A stretch of 64,000 bases of DNA from Pseudonocardiaceae bacterium (GTDB taxonomy: Bacteria > Actinomycetota > Actinomycetes > Mycobacteriales > Pseudonocardiaceae), in the NCBI GenBank assembly GCA_035276605.1, contig DATELN010000126.1:641-64640 (forward strand), given 5' to 3'. The notes under the pieces are model-generated. The model was not told the DNA's origin. It did not search any database and worked only from the letters and a program-made list of their open reading frames with translations. A program made the translations under genes and the position numbers. How positions within the stretch are numbered: the first letter of the stretch is position 1; every line of letters starts with the position of its first letter. This document shows, in pieces, positions 8,677 to 18,918 of the stretch.

Positions 8677-9333
8677 TTAGCGCGCACCCTGCCCCCGCAA
8701 CAATGCCGGGACGGTACGCAGCAAGATCCCCAGGTCACTCCAGAAACTCCACCCGCGCACGTAGGCGAGATCGAGTTCGAGCATCTCCAAGGTACCCATC
8801 GTGCTGCGCCCACTAACCTGCCAAAGCCCGGTAAGTCCGGGCGGGACATCGAAGCGCTCGGCGAACCGGGCCGGGAACATCTCCGCTTCCCAGTCCAGGC
8901 AGGGCCGGGGCCCCACCAACGACATTTGCCCCCACAGTACGTTGATCAACTGAGGCAGCTCGTCGATGCTGGTGCGCCGCAGGAAGGCCCCGACCCGAGT
9001 CACCCGCGGGTCACGATCGATCTTCCAGCTGCCGTTCACCGAGGTGTCCTCGCCGCGCAGTTCGCGGGCAATGAGCTCGCGGTGCTGCGCGTCGGAGCCC
9101 CCTACCCGCATGGTGCGGAACTTGTACATGGTGAAAGGTCGCCCACCCCGGCCGATCCGCCGCTGGCGGTAAAACGCCGGCCCGGGGCTGCTCAACCTAA
9201 TAGCCATCCCGATGACCAACATCGGGATCATCAGCACCAGCAGGGCGACGACCACCACCGACAGGTCGACGGCCCGCCGAGCAATCGGTTCCCATCGAGC
9301 GGGTAACCGTGTCTGTTCAACGCCGCTGGACAC
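8677..9333 (-). CDS. polyprenyl-phosphate sugar phosphotransferase (bacterial sugar transferase, WbaP/WecA-type priming enzyme)
   Basis: Motifs: PGPAFYRQRRIGRGGRPFTMYKFRTM, DELPQLINVLWGQMSLVGPRP. Confidence 0.85.
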   Translation of the reverse strand: MSSGVEQTRLPARWEPIARRAVDLSVVVVALLVLMIPMLVIGMAIRLSSPGPAFYRQRRIGRGGRPFTMYKFRTMRVGGSDAQHRELIARELRGEDTSVNGSWKIDRDPRVTRVGAFLRRTSIDELPQLINVLWGQMSLVGPRPCLDWEAEMFPARFAERFDVPPGLTGLWQVSGRSTMGTLEMLELDLAYVRGWSFWSDLGILLRTVPALLRGQGAR

Positions 9334-10756
9334 TGAGCCTCCCCGCGGTGATTCCGATCAGCATGAACAGCAGGTCCCCGGTACCGCGCAAGGTCAGGTG
9401 CGGATCGAGGATGGTGAGGATGAGCACGAACCACCAGCACACAAACAGCGCCGACGCCGCGGCACCGATCGCGCCCGGCTGCGCCATGAGCTCGCGCGTG
9501 CGGCGCAGCACCACGACCGACAGCCAAGCGAACGCGGCCAGTAGCGGGATTCCGCCGACCCACAGCAGCTCCAGGTAGCCGCTTTCCAGGTAGATGACAT
9601 CGCGCCATCTCTCCGGCGCGTCCAACACCGAGTCGGGCGAAACCCCCATTAAGACGTTGATGAAGCCAAACCGCGGCAGATAGAAGTTGGACAGGTTGTT
9701 CCAGCGGCCGATCCAGCTGCGCGGCACGCCGAATTCGCTGAATCCTTGCAACCGCCCGACCAGCGCCGGCGCACCGATCGCCAGCGCCACGGGAATCAAC
9801 CACACAAACCGCAGTGAGCCGTGGCGCACGCTGCTGAAGCGCCACAGGATCAACCCCGCCGCAACCACCGCGGAGATCCAGGTGGAGAACTGACCGGTGG
9901 CGAGCACTCCGGCGCCGAGTACCAATCCCAGACCCAGCCGCTCCCGGCGATCCAGCAACCCGCGCATCCCGCAGCAGACGATCAAGGTCAGGCAGATGAT
10001 GATGTAATCGCCGGTCGCGATAGGCGAGGCGAGCGTGGTTGAACCCCGCTCGGCCAGCGCGGCAGGGTTACTGTCCGGAGCCCAGACCGCCTGCAGCATC
10101 GCGACAACCGGGCCGAAATGCAGAGTTTGCATGATTGCGATCACCGCTACTACCGCGCCCGGCCAGATGATCAGCCGGAAGCAGCGCACCAGCTGGGCTT
10201 CGGTACTGACGGTGAAACGCACTAGCAGGTAGATGGCCATGAGCTTGCAGACCGGCAGCACCGCCGCCAGATCAGGACTTGCGGGCACGTGGCCACGCAA
10301 CAACATCGATAGCAGCGGCCACGCGGTCGAGGCCAGCAGGAACACGCCAAGCGGGATATCCAGCTGATGCAGCTGTAGGGGTATCCGTTCGCCCCGACAC
10401 CATCGGATATAGCCACCGACCAGCGCTCCGGCCAGCAGCACTACCAGCAGCGCTTCGTTGGGCCGCACCAGGGGAATCAGGTGCCCACGGTCGATCCCGG
10501 CGATGAGCGGCAAGGCGCCGAGATAGGCGTAGGTGGCAAAGACCGGCCGGTAGGCGGCTATGGCAAACATTCCGGCCAGCGCCAACACGCCGATCGCGGC
10601 CAGCGCGATGAGCGGTCCAGTCGCGACCGCGAGGACCCCACCGGCCACAGCGCAGCCGGCAGCCCCCATCGCCAACGAGCGACTGATCAACGGGGTTGGT
10701 AAATACCCACCAGAGGCGGGAGGCGAGCTAGAACCCGGCGGAAGGGTTTGCGTCAT
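9317..10756 (-). CDS. O-antigen ligase/polymerase-like (Wzy-type) membrane protein
   Basis: About 10-12 TM segments. The ATG at 10756 overlaps the upstream stop (ATGA), so the longer ORF start at 10888 was rejected. Confidence 0.7.
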   Translation of the reverse strand: MTQTLPPGSSSPPASGGYLPTPLISRSLAMGAAGCAVAGGVLAVATGPLIALAAIGVLALAGMFAIAAYRPVFATYAYLGALPLIAGIDRGHLIPLVRPNEALLVVLLAGALVGGYIRWCRGERIPLQLHQLDIPLGVFLLASTAWPLLSMLLRGHVPASPDLAAVLPVCKLMAIYLLVRFTVSTEAQLVRCFRLIIWPGAVVAVIAIMQTLHFGPVVAMLQAVWAPDSNPAALAERGSTTLASPIATGDYIIICLTLIVCCGMRGLLDRRERLGLGLVLGAGVLATGQFSTWISAVVAAGLILWRFSSVRHGSLRFVWLIPVALAIGAPALVGRLQGFSEFGVPRSWIGRWNNLSNFYLPRFGFINVLMGVSPDSVLDAPERWRDVIYLESGYLELLWVGGIPLLAAFAWLSVVVLRRTRELMAQPGAIGAAASALFVCWWFVLILTILDPHLTLRGTGDLLFMLIGITAGRLSVQRR

Positions 10757-12366
10757 GACCCACCACCTATCCGTCGCACCGCGACTCGGAGTACTAGGAC
10801 GTAGACCCCGAGGGCCGCGACGCCACCCAGGGACAGGATTGCAAGATCGACGAGCTGATTTCCGTGGTCGATCTGCTGCAGCCACCACATCGCGGCCGCC
10901 ACCGGCAGCAGCGCGAGGGTTGCCATCAGCGCGGCAGCCAAACCTCGGGTTTCCAGGAACCGTTCGGGATGAATCGCCTGCCGCACCCGGGTCAACACTG
11001 TCCCCGCGGCGGCGAGTTCACCGGCCAGGATGGCCGCCACCAGCCATACCAGCCGAGTGGCGTCCGTGGGCAGCAACAACCCCCCGGCTGCAGCTACCAC
11101 GACCACGCCGAAGGCCACCTCGCTGGCCCGCCGCGGGATCCGGTCGTCGAGCCGGGCGAACAGCGCCCGGCGGCCGATGTCATGCACCCCACCGACCAGT
11201 TGAGCCACCGCCACGATCGCCAGGCAGGCGGCGAGGGGCCCGATCAGAGCGGCATGCCGCAGCTCGCCGTTGGCCAGCAGGTTAGCCGCGGGTCCCGACA
11301 GCACCGCGAGCAGCACGAGGAGCGGCAGGCTGGCGATCACGGCATAGGACAGGCCTTGGCGCCACCCCGAAGCGAACGTGGCGGCGTCGTCGCGATGTGC
11401 AGCGTCGGCCAGGCCCGGCAGCGCAGCCACCGACACCGCCCGGGCACTGACATACGACAGCGCGAAAAAGACGGAGTAGGACAGTTGCACGACGAAGGTC
11501 CCACCCGGCACCGTGCCGGCCAGCGCAAGCAGCACATACATCGCCGCGGTCGGCCAAGCCGCCACGCCCACCGAGCGCACCAGCCTGCGGGTGATCTCCC
11601 GAGTTTCGGGATCACCCCGCCAACGCATCGACGGCCGGCTCAACAATCCCGCCCGGGCGGTGCCGAACAGCTGCAGCGCCGCGTGGAGGGCAACGGCCAG
11701 GGTGCTGCCAATCCCCAGGGTGAGCATCAACCCGATCGAGACATGATCGAATTCCAGGCCGGTTCCGTAGTACCAGCCGGCGAGGAGCACCGTCAGAATC
11801 AGCACGCCGTTCTCGACCACCTGCGCGCCCGCCGCCAGCGCAAACCGGCCGCAAGCCTGCTGGGCGGATATGCCCAGGTGCACCAGCACGTACAACGGCA
11901 CCTGCGGCGCCACGAGCAATACCAGCAATGTGGTGATCCACAGGCCACGGGCCTGTGCACCGGCATCCGGAATCCCGAAGGTCAGCGTCCAGGCGACCGC
12001 CGGGGACAGGATCATCAGCAGCCCGACCAACGCGGCCGAGACGGCCAGCAGCCACCCGGCTACCCGGCCGAGCACCTCCCGGGCCCTCGGCACGCCGCCA
12101 GCACCGACGGCGTGCACGAGGCCCGGCACCACCACCATCCCCAGCACCGGGCCGGCGATCATCGTAAAGACCATGTTCGGCACGACGTATCCGGTCTGGA
12201 ACGCGTTCGCGAAGAACGTCGGGCCGAGCACCGCCCCGATCACCACTACCCGCAACAACCCCGTAACCCTGCTGACCAGCGTCCAGCCCGCAACGGTGGC
12301 CGAGTTCCGAGCCGTGGTGGTCGGAGGTGTGGGATCTTCAAGCACTGTCACCGTTGAGGCGGCCAC
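10753..12366 (-). CDS. MurJ/MviN-family flippase
   Basis: SRVTGLLRVVVIGAVLGPTFFANAFQTGYVVPNMVF at the N-terminus. 537 aa, polytopic. Confidence 0.8.
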   Translation of the reverse strand: MAASTVTVLEDPTPPTTTARNSATVAGWTLVSRVTGLLRVVVIGAVLGPTFFANAFQTGYVVPNMVFTMIAGPVLGMVVVPGLVHAVGAGGVPRAREVLGRVAGWLLAVSAALVGLLMILSPAVAWTLTFGIPDAGAQARGLWITTLLVLLVAPQVPLYVLVHLGISAQQACGRFALAAGAQVVENGVLILTVLLAGWYYGTGLEFDHVSIGLMLTLGIGSTLAVALHAALQLFGTARAGLLSRPSMRWRGDPETREITRRLVRSVGVAAWPTAAMYVLLALAGTVPGGTFVVQLSYSVFFALSYVSARAVSVAALPGLADAAHRDDAATFASGWRQGLSYAVIASLPLLVLLAVLSGPAANLLANGELRHAALIGPLAACLAIVAVAQLVGGVHDIGRRALFARLDDRIPRRASEVAFGVVVVAAAGGLLLPTDATRLVWLVAAILAGELAAAGTVLTRVRQAIHPERFLETRGLAAALMATLALLPVAAAMWWLQQIDHGNQLVDLAILSLGGVAALGVYVLVLRVAVRRIGGGS

Positions 12367-12376
12367 AACCGGGGCC

Positions 12377-13300
12377 TCACGGCTTCGTCCGGCGCCGGAC
12401 AGTCATCGCGACCACTGCGCCGGCCACGATCACGCCGACCAGGGCACCTGTGCCGGCCGCGATCAGCGGCTGCGGGAACACTGGATCGGGCAGCGAGTAC
12501 GGCGGCGTCAGCAGCTGCGCATCGGGCCCGTTCTGACCGGTGAGGTTGATCTCGTCGATGCGGGCTTGGATCGCCTTCTCGCGCTCCAAGGACGCCGTCA
12601 GCTGCACTCGCGCGTCGTTGAGCGCCGCTTGGGTGGCCGTTCCGGCCGTCACCGCAGTGGTCAGCTGCTGCACCCGCGTCTGGATCTGTGCGGTGTTCTG
12701 CTTGGCGTCGGCGAGTTGGGTGTCCAGGTTGCGCGACACGCCGGTGGGTTGGCCGATCAGCGTCATGTAGCCGTCCATGACCGATTGCAGCGTCTGCAAC
12801 GCGGCCAGCTTGGTCGGACCGTCAGCCTCGACTTCGATGACATTGCTGTTTTCCAGGACCTCCACGGTGACGGCCTTGTCGAGGTCCTTGAACTGCCGAC
12901 CTTCTTTGGTGGCGACCGGCCCCAGCACGGCCCGACTCTTGAGATACACCAGCTGGGTGGACAGGTCACGGCCCTGCTTGAGCGGGTCGCCGCTTTGCTG
13001 CTGCTGGCCGACGGCGTAGAGCACCTCCGCGCGTGCACCGTAGGTTTTCGGCAAGACCAGCGCGGCGCCCAGCCCGGCAGCGGTGCCGAGCAGGATGATC
13101 GTCAACGCCAGGAGAACGAGGCGCGTGGTTCCTGAACCACCACCCTCGGGTTCTTCGGCGGGGATGTCGAAGCGGCCCCCTGACCGCTGCGGAGGCACGT
13201 CACCCATCCCGGGGGACGTGTCCAGTTGCTCTTTCTGGCCCATCGAACGTCCATTCGATTCGCTAGCCCCGTACTGGAAGACATTGGAAACATCGGTCAC
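12377..13300 (-). CDS. polysaccharide chain-length determinant (Wzz/PCP-like, no kinase domain)
   Basis: Two TM helices flank a coiled-coil-rich exported domain. The GTG start overlaps the upstream stop (GTGA). Confidence 0.65.
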   Translation of the reverse strand: MTDVSNVFQYGASESNGRSMGQKEQLDTSPGMGDVPPQRSGGRFDIPAEEPEGGGSGTTRLVLLALTIILLGTAAGLGAALVLPKTYGARAEVLYAVGQQQQSGDPLKQGRDLSTQLVYLKSRAVLGPVATKEGRQFKDLDKAVTVEVLENSNVIEVEADGPTKLAALQTLQSVMDGYMTLIGQPTGVSRNLDTQLADAKQNTAQIQTRVQQLTTAVTAGTATQAALNDARVQLTASLEREKAIQARIDEINLTGQNGPDAQLLTPPYSLPDPVFPQPLIAAGTGALVGVIVAGAVVAMTVRRRTKP

Positions 13301-14430
13301 AGCACACCTCCGAGCACATCGCAGACCCGCGCAACCTGCTCAACACTCAGGGTCGGGGACATCGGAAGGGACAAGATTCGGCTGGCCGCGCGTTCGGCGA
13401 CCGGTAGTTGCTGGCTGGCTGGCACCGACTCGTGAAGAGCGGTCAGGGCCGGCTGCTGATGGCAAGGGATCGGGTAGTGCACGCCCCAGCCGATACCGGC
13501 CGCGGTCAGCGCATCACCGACCTTCGGGCGGTCGTCGACCTGAACGACTGCCAGGTGGTACACGGGTTCGGCGCCGGACTGCACCGACACCGGTGAGCAA
13601 CTCGGCGGCAGCATCTCGCGGTAAGCCGCCATCGCTGAGGCGCGCCGGGCGTTGCCGGCGTCCAGCCACGGCAGCTTGGCCGACAGCAGTGCTGCTTGCA
13701 GCGTATCGAGCCGGCTGTTACGGCCCGCTCGGTCGTGCCGGTAACGATCTGCGGCGCAGCGCCCGTGATTGGCCATACTGCGGATCGTCTCGGCCAGGGC
13801 GAGATCGCTGGTGACCACCGCACCACCATCGCCCAGGGCACCGAGGTTCTTGCCGGGATAAAAGCTGAACCCGGCGGCGATACCCACGCTGCCGGCACTG
13901 GCGCCCCGGTGCCGGGCGCCGTGGGCTTGCGCGGCGTCTTCGATGAGAGCCAGCCCGTGGGCCGCAGCGATCGACGAGATTGGTTCGGGGTCGACCATCT
14001 GGCCATACAGGTGCACGGCGATGATCGCTGCCGTCGAACTGTTGATTGCGGCTTGGGCCGCGGCGGGATCGATCAGCAGCGTGTCAGCACAGACATCGAC
14101 GAACCTCGGTCGGGCACCGGTCGCGCAGACCGCCTCAGCCGTCGCGATGAAGGTGTTCGTGGGGATGATGACCTCGTCGCCGATCCCGATGCCCAGGCCT
14201 CGCAGGATGAGTTCCAGGGCGTCGGTCCCGTTGGCTACCCCGATGCAGGCTTCGGCGCCGCAGTACATCGCGAATTCCCGCTCGAAACGCTCGACCTCGG
14301 GTCCGCCGACGAAATGACCGTGATCCAGCACGGTTTTCCATGCCAGGTCGAACTCCTCGCGCAGACCGTTGTTCACGCTGTGGAGATCGAGGAAAGGGAT
14401 ATTGAAAGAAGCGCGGTCACCGGCGGTCAT
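13297..14430 (-). CDS. DegT/DnrJ/EryC1/StrS-family sugar aminotransferase
   Basis: IPFLDLHSVNNGLREEF..., GVANGTDALEL. The ATG at 14430 overlaps the upstream stop (ATGA). Confidence 0.85.
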   Translation of the reverse strand: MTAGDRASFNIPFLDLHSVNNGLREEFDLAWKTVLDHGHFVGGPEVERFEREFAMYCGAEACIGVANGTDALELILRGLGIGIGDEVIIPTNTFIATAEAVCATGARPRFVDVCADTLLIDPAAAQAAINSSTAAIIAVHLYGQMVDPEPISSIAAAHGLALIEDAAQAHGARHRGASAGSVGIAAGFSFYPGKNLGALGDGGAVVTSDLALAETIRSMANHGRCAADRYRHDRAGRNSRLDTLQAALLSAKLPWLDAGNARRASAMAAYREMLPPSCSPVSVQSGAEPVYHLAVVQVDDRPKVGDALTAAGIGWGVHYPIPCHQQPALTALHESVPASQQLPVAERAASRILSLPMSPTLSVEQVARVCDVLGGVL

Positions 14431-15563
14431 GAGGCCACCCCCCGCATGCGGTCCGCGCTGGAGACGTTGATACCAGCGGACACGAAGGCTGGGCGCCCGG
14501 TGGCTTCGGCAATGTCGGTGGCGGCCAAGACGCGGACGATGTCGAGGCCACGCTGCCCAGGCGTGTTCGGCGTGGCGCCGGTGCGGATACATTCAACGAA
14601 ATGGCTGTCTTGCACCAGCAGTGGCTCGTTGAACTGGATAAATGGCGAGACAATGTCGCCATTCCGGTAGGAAACCGGCATGGCGTGCGATTCACCATGG
14701 TCGTCGGAATCGGCCGGGTCGACGCCGATGTCGTAGACGCGGATCCGCTCATTGTCCGACGTATCGTCGTAAACGGCCATCTTTCGATCCCCGACGACGG
14801 TAACCCGGCGGACCCTGCAGGGGTCTAGCCAGCTGACGTGGACGAAAGCGTGAGTGGCCGCCTGCTCGAAGTCCAGCCGCAGGTAGGCCACATCGGCATA
14901 GCGGTTCCCGACATGCCGTTTGGCCCAGACGGAAGTAGCTCTGGGAACCTCGTCGAGTAAGTAAGAAACGATCGAAATGTCGTGCGGAGCGAGATCCCAG
15001 ATAACGTTGCAATCACGCTGGTACTTGCCCAGGCTCAACCGGGCGGCGTCGATGTACAAGACTCGGCCGAGCTCACCGGAGGCGATGAGCTCCTTGAGCT
15101 TCCACACCGCAGCGTTGTATTCGAACGTATGACCCGCCATCAAGTGCACGCCATTCGCCGCCGCTGCATCGACCATCGCTTGTGCGTCTTCCACCGTGGT
15201 GGCCAGCGGCTTTTCTACCAATGCGTGCCGCCCGTTACGCAGCGCTTGAAGCGCGATTGCAGCGTGCGCAGAGGGCGGGGTCGCGACGACGACGGCGTCG
15301 ACCCGACCTAACACCTCGTCAAGCCGTCGGGCGGCTTCCGCCGCCGGGTACGCTCTTTTAGCCTCTGCGATCCGCTCGGCGTCCTGGTCGACGATGGTCA
15401 CCTGGACACCTGGCATGCTGCTGAGCACCCGCATGTGCTTGGAGCCCCAGTAGCCGTAGCCCACTACCGCCACGCGGACATCGGGATCGAAAGTGGTGAC
15501 GCTCCCGGATTCGCGGCGCGCGGAATTAGCTGCCGGTTGGGTGGGAGTTGCAACGAACTTCAT
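14427..15563 (-). CDS. Gfo/Idh/MocA-family NAD-dependent sugar oxidoreductase
   Basis: VAVVGYGYWGSKHMRVL Rossmann N-terminus. First gene of the minus-strand operon. Confidence 0.85.
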   Translation of the reverse strand: MKFVATPTQPAANSARRESGSVTTFDPDVRVAVVGYGYWGSKHMRVLSSMPGVQVTIVDQDAERIAEAKRAYPAAEAARRLDEVLGRVDAVVVATPPSAHAAIALQALRNGRHALVEKPLATTVEDAQAMVDAAAANGVHLMAGHTFEYNAAVWKLKELIASGELGRVLYIDAARLSLGKYQRDCNVIWDLAPHDISIVSYLLDEVPRATSVWAKRHVGNRYADVAYLRLDFEQAATHAFVHVSWLDPCRVRRVTVVGDRKMAVYDDTSDNERIRVYDIGVDPADSDDHGESHAMPVSYRNGDIVSPFIQFNEPLLVQDSHFVECIRTGATPNTPGQRGLDIVRVLAATDIAEATGRPAFVSAGINVSSADRMRGVAS

Positions 15564-15864
15564 CGAGACGGGCCCCCTGCCGTTACTCGAAACGTCTCAC
15601 GACACTGACTGTTGCGAAACACACACAAAGAGTGAGCACCTCCGATTGACCTAAGACGGCCGATCGCGAGCCGTACTCACCCTCTCGAACAGTGGGTTCG
15701 CCCCTCCCCACACTGCGTATATCTATTGCCCACTGGCTGTCGTTACTTGGTTACTGTAACACCCAGGTCTTTCACCCGAACGGCGCAAGTAGGTTCCGCA
15801 GCGTGTTGGATGCGCACAGTGAGTAATCCGGTTACGCAGCGAAGTAACCGGTGCTTGAGGCTAC

Positions 15865-16815
15865 TCAGACGGTGGCCCGTGCCGAGATCTTGGCCAGCCG
15901 CTGCGGGGTCGGCCAGCGGACGTTCCATACCCAGCCGAGCTTCTCGAAAAGCCAGATAACCCGAGCGGAGATGTCGATCTGACCGGGCAGCACCCCATGC
16001 CGGGCCGAGGTCGGATCGGCATGGTGCAGGTTGTGCCAGGACTCCCCCGCGGACAGGATCGCCATCGGCCAGAAGTTCGCGGCCTTGTCGCGAGAGGCGA
16101 ACGGTCGGTCACCGATCATGTGGCAGATCGAGTTCACCGCCCAGGTCACGTGGTGTAGGAACGACACGCGCACCAACCCAGCCCAGAACAGCCCGGTCAG
16201 CACAGCCCACCAAGACCAGGTCACCAACCCGCCGATGATTCCGGGCAACACCAACCAGATCCCGGTCCACAGCCAGAACAATTTGCTGACGCGCACCATC
16301 GTCTTGTCCGCCAGCAGGTCCGGGACGAACCGGCGGGGATTGGTCATGTCACGGTTGAACAGCCAGCCCATATGGGCATGCCAGAAACCCTTGGCCACTG
16401 CGACCGGGGAGGTGCCAAACAGCCACGGCGAATGCGGGTCACCCTCCCGGTCGGAGAATGCGTGATGACGCCGGTGGTCAGCCACCCAATGCAGCAGCGG
16501 ACCCTGCATCGCGGTGCTACCCAACACCGCCAGGCTGACTCGTAACCATCGCTTGGCCTTGAACGAACCATGCGTGAAGTGGCGGTGGTACCCGACCGTC
16601 ACGCCCAGCAGGCTGACGGTGTAGGTGATGGCGAACAACACGATGTCCGTCCAGCCCAGACCCCACCCCCAGGCGATAGGCACCGCCACGATCAGCGCCA
16701 GCATGGGCGCGAGAACGAAGAGGTACACCAGGACCTGCGGGCCCATGGGCCGCCGACCGGACACAATGGGCTCGGGCTGCGTGCGCGGCTGGTCGGCTTT
16801 GGCGCTCAGCGTCAT
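15865..16815 (-). CDS. membrane acyl-CoA (stearoyl-type) fatty-acid desaturase
   Basis: Histidine boxes HRHFTH, HRRHHAFSD, HNLHHADP. The ATG at 16815 is preceded by GAGGAG. Confidence 0.85.
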   Translation of the reverse strand: MTLSAKADQPRTQPEPIVSGRRPMGPQVLVYLFVLAPMLALIVAVPIAWGWGLGWTDIVLFAITYTVSLLGVTVGYHRHFTHGSFKAKRWLRVSLAVLGSTAMQGPLLHWVADHRRHHAFSDREGDPHSPWLFGTSPVAVAKGFWHAHMGWLFNRDMTNPRRFVPDLLADKTMVRVSKLFWLWTGIWLVLPGIIGGLVTWSWWAVLTGLFWAGLVRVSFLHHVTWAVNSICHMIGDRPFASRDKAANFWPMAILSAGESWHNLHHADPTSARHGVLPGQIDISARVIWLFEKLGWVWNVRWPTPQRLAKISARATV

Positions 16816-17085
16816 CGGCCGGTGCTCCTCATCTCGGCAGACGCGGCCGGCTGCCACGCCGCAGCGGGTGCCATCATGCTCACACCCGCAGCGGAACCGC
16901 AGGTGGCGCTCGTGGCGTCACTAGGCCCAACCGTAGATTATTGACCTGACGCCCGTCACGACACGCCACGCTAGTGGCGGGTACCGCGCGTGTCGTCAAG
17001 CCTGGTTCTGGGAGGCTGCGCGTACTCGATGCAGCGCACATGCCACCATGTGCGCGTGGGTGTCATGCGCGCATGAGCCCGCCCA

Positions 17086-17156
17086 TCCGCCGTAGTGTAA
17101 AGGCAGCACCTCGGATTTTGGTTCCGATGGTCCAGGTTCGAATCCTGGCGGCGGAG
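17086..17156 (+). tRNA. tRNA-Gln, anticodon UUG
   Basis: Manual fold. Acceptor TCCGCCG/CGGCGGA; D-stem GTGT/GCAC; anticodon stem TCGGA/TCCGA with loop TTTTGGT; T-arm CCAGG-TTCGAAT-CCTGG. CCA is not encoded. Confidence 0.85.
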
Positions 17157-17304
17157 CAGCTGCGCACGGCAGAGCCTGCCCGGGATATCCCGTTCACCGT
17201 CCTGAGGCTCCGGTTCGAGCAAGACCCGCCGTGTAGCGTGGCCGGCCTGAATGGCTGGGGCCAGCGCCACGTATACGGGACCGCGCCGACGGAGGGTGTG
17301 CATC

Positions 17305-18189
17305 ATGTCCACGAGCCTTGAGTGCCGTCTGCTGTGCGCGAGTGTGACAACGTATTCGGTCCTCAACGACGGCCCGATCGTCCCGCCGCCGCCACCGTAT
17401 TTCGATGCGGCGCAATTCGTCGATGACCCCCCGGTGGGATTTGTTGGCGGAATTGAGGCAATCAACGCCTGCCTGGTCGGCACGACGATCGACGGCGTGG
17501 TACTTGCCTTCCGCGGGACGTTGCCGCCAACCAGCCCCGATTACGAGCAGACCACGCGCGACTGGATCAACGACTTGGACGCCGAGCTAGTGCGTGGCAA
17601 TGGCGTGCCGGGCCTCGTGCACGCCGGGTTTTGGGGATCTCTGGGCAGCCTGTGGGCCGCAGTCGTGCCGGAGGTGCAAAAACGGCTCACGAAAAACGCG
17701 CCGAACTCCCAGCTTTTCATCACTGGACACAGCAAGGGCGGGGCGATGGCCAACCTCGCAGCGATGCGTTTGTTGATCGAGCGAGGAGTGGAGGCAAAGG
17801 TCTACACCTATGCCGGGCCCCATCCGGGGAACGAGGACTTCGCGGCTGCCTACAACCAGCACGTCGATGGCGTCCGCTATGAATACGCCGATGATATCGT
17901 GCCGCTCTTGCCGCCGAGCCTCGCGTTTCGTGAGATGTTCGAACACGTGCCGTTCATGGTGCCTTATCTGCACCGGTTCGACCTCGATTACTCCGCGGTC
18001 GGTACGCTACGTTACATCACGAAGGCGGGAAATGTGGTTCCCGCTTCGCCGATGCTGCCCTTCCAGCGTTACCTGAGCCTGGCCGAGTTGATCGTCACCA
18101 GCCGATTTGCGGAAATCGTCGAAGATCACAGTAGTGAGTGTGGAGCAGGATACATGACGGCTGTATGCCCGCATGATGTCTGCGCATGA
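17305..18189 (+). CDS. class-3 lipase-like alpha/beta hydrolase
   Basis: Nucleophile elbow ITGHSKGGAMA. The ATG at 17305 is preceded by GGAGGG. Confidence 0.7.
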   Translation: MSTSLECRLLCASVTTYSVLNDGPIVPPPPPYFDAAQFVDDPPVGFVGGIEAINACLVGTTIDGVVLAFRGTLPPTSPDYEQTTRDWINDLDAELVRGNGVPGLVHAGFWGSLGSLWAAVVPEVQKRLTKNAPNSQLFITGHSKGGAMANLAAMRLLIERGVEAKVYTYAGPHPGNEDFAAAYNQHVDGVRYEYADDIVPLLPPSLAFREMFEHVPFMVPYLHRFDLDYSAVGTLRYITKAGNVVPASPMLPFQRYLSLAELIVTSRFAEIVEDHSSECGAGYMTAVCPHDVCA

Positions 18190-18228
18190 CAGCGCAAACA
18201 AAGGACTCGCTGTCAGGTCGCCACCGCC

Positions 18229-18459
18229 TCAGTCGTCCGATGGACGAGGTGCTCCCACCCGATACTCCCACGGTTTGTTACCACAGCGAGGGCATACCCT
18301 CCGCACATCCCGGTTCGACCACCACGTCGTGGTACGTAAATATCCTGCGCCGCGACACCGCTTACAACCTTTCTGTGGCCACCAATAAACACGACCCAGG
18401 TGCCAAATACCCCACACCACGACCGCCAGCCACAGGGCCTGCGAAATAAGATCGCTCAT
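18229..18459 (-). CDS. small membrane protein with CxxC...CxxC zinc-ribbon
   Basis: One TM helix (ALWLAVVVWGIWHL), then CKRC...CPRC. The start was chosen at the internal ATG. Confidence 0.45.
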   Translation of the reverse strand: MSDLISQALWLAVVVWGIWHLGRVYWWPQKGCKRCRGAGYLRTTTWWSNRDVRRVCPRCGNKPWEYRVGAPRPSDD

Positions 18460-18918
18460 TCTGGACAACCCTTTCCCCGCCCACCATCCGTCCGCTGCGA
18501 CCACAGTTACAGATCGATTGGTCGTAGTAGCTCACCGAGCATGATGGGCGCCCCTATCCATGCTTTCGCTAAATCGGCCCTGAATCCAGTCATTCCTTAA
18601 GCTTGTGATTTCAGGTATTGGCATGCCGCATACCGCCGTTGGTAGCGGGCTTTCCAGCTCGTACACCCCTCGACTCCACGAGCGGACTAGCTACTGAAAC
18701 CGACTGTAATGGGCCGCGGCAAACAGGCATAGCTTTTTAGCCCACTTGGACCATCTTGAACAACAACGACACAAGGAAGTGATTGGTTGACAACGCAGCG
18801 TGGTCACCGCGCTAAGGACGATCAATAGAGCTTTTCCTTATCGCGACCAGGTGATTACGTACCGTGCGCCGAGGCACGATTGCGAAGATTGGCCCGGCAT
18901 GTTCTGTTCGCGAAATTT

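Noticed and set aside
10864-12357. 497-aa + strand ORF
   Set aside because: It is entirely antisense to the MurJ-like gene. The Arg/Pro/Gly/His-rich low-complexity translation is typical of shadow ORFs in high-GC DNA. The same reasoning applies to 11870..13135, 6873..7781, 19723..20781, 23215..24444, 24495..25655, 27038..28198, 35175..36527, 46853..48394, 52118..53005 and similar ORFs.
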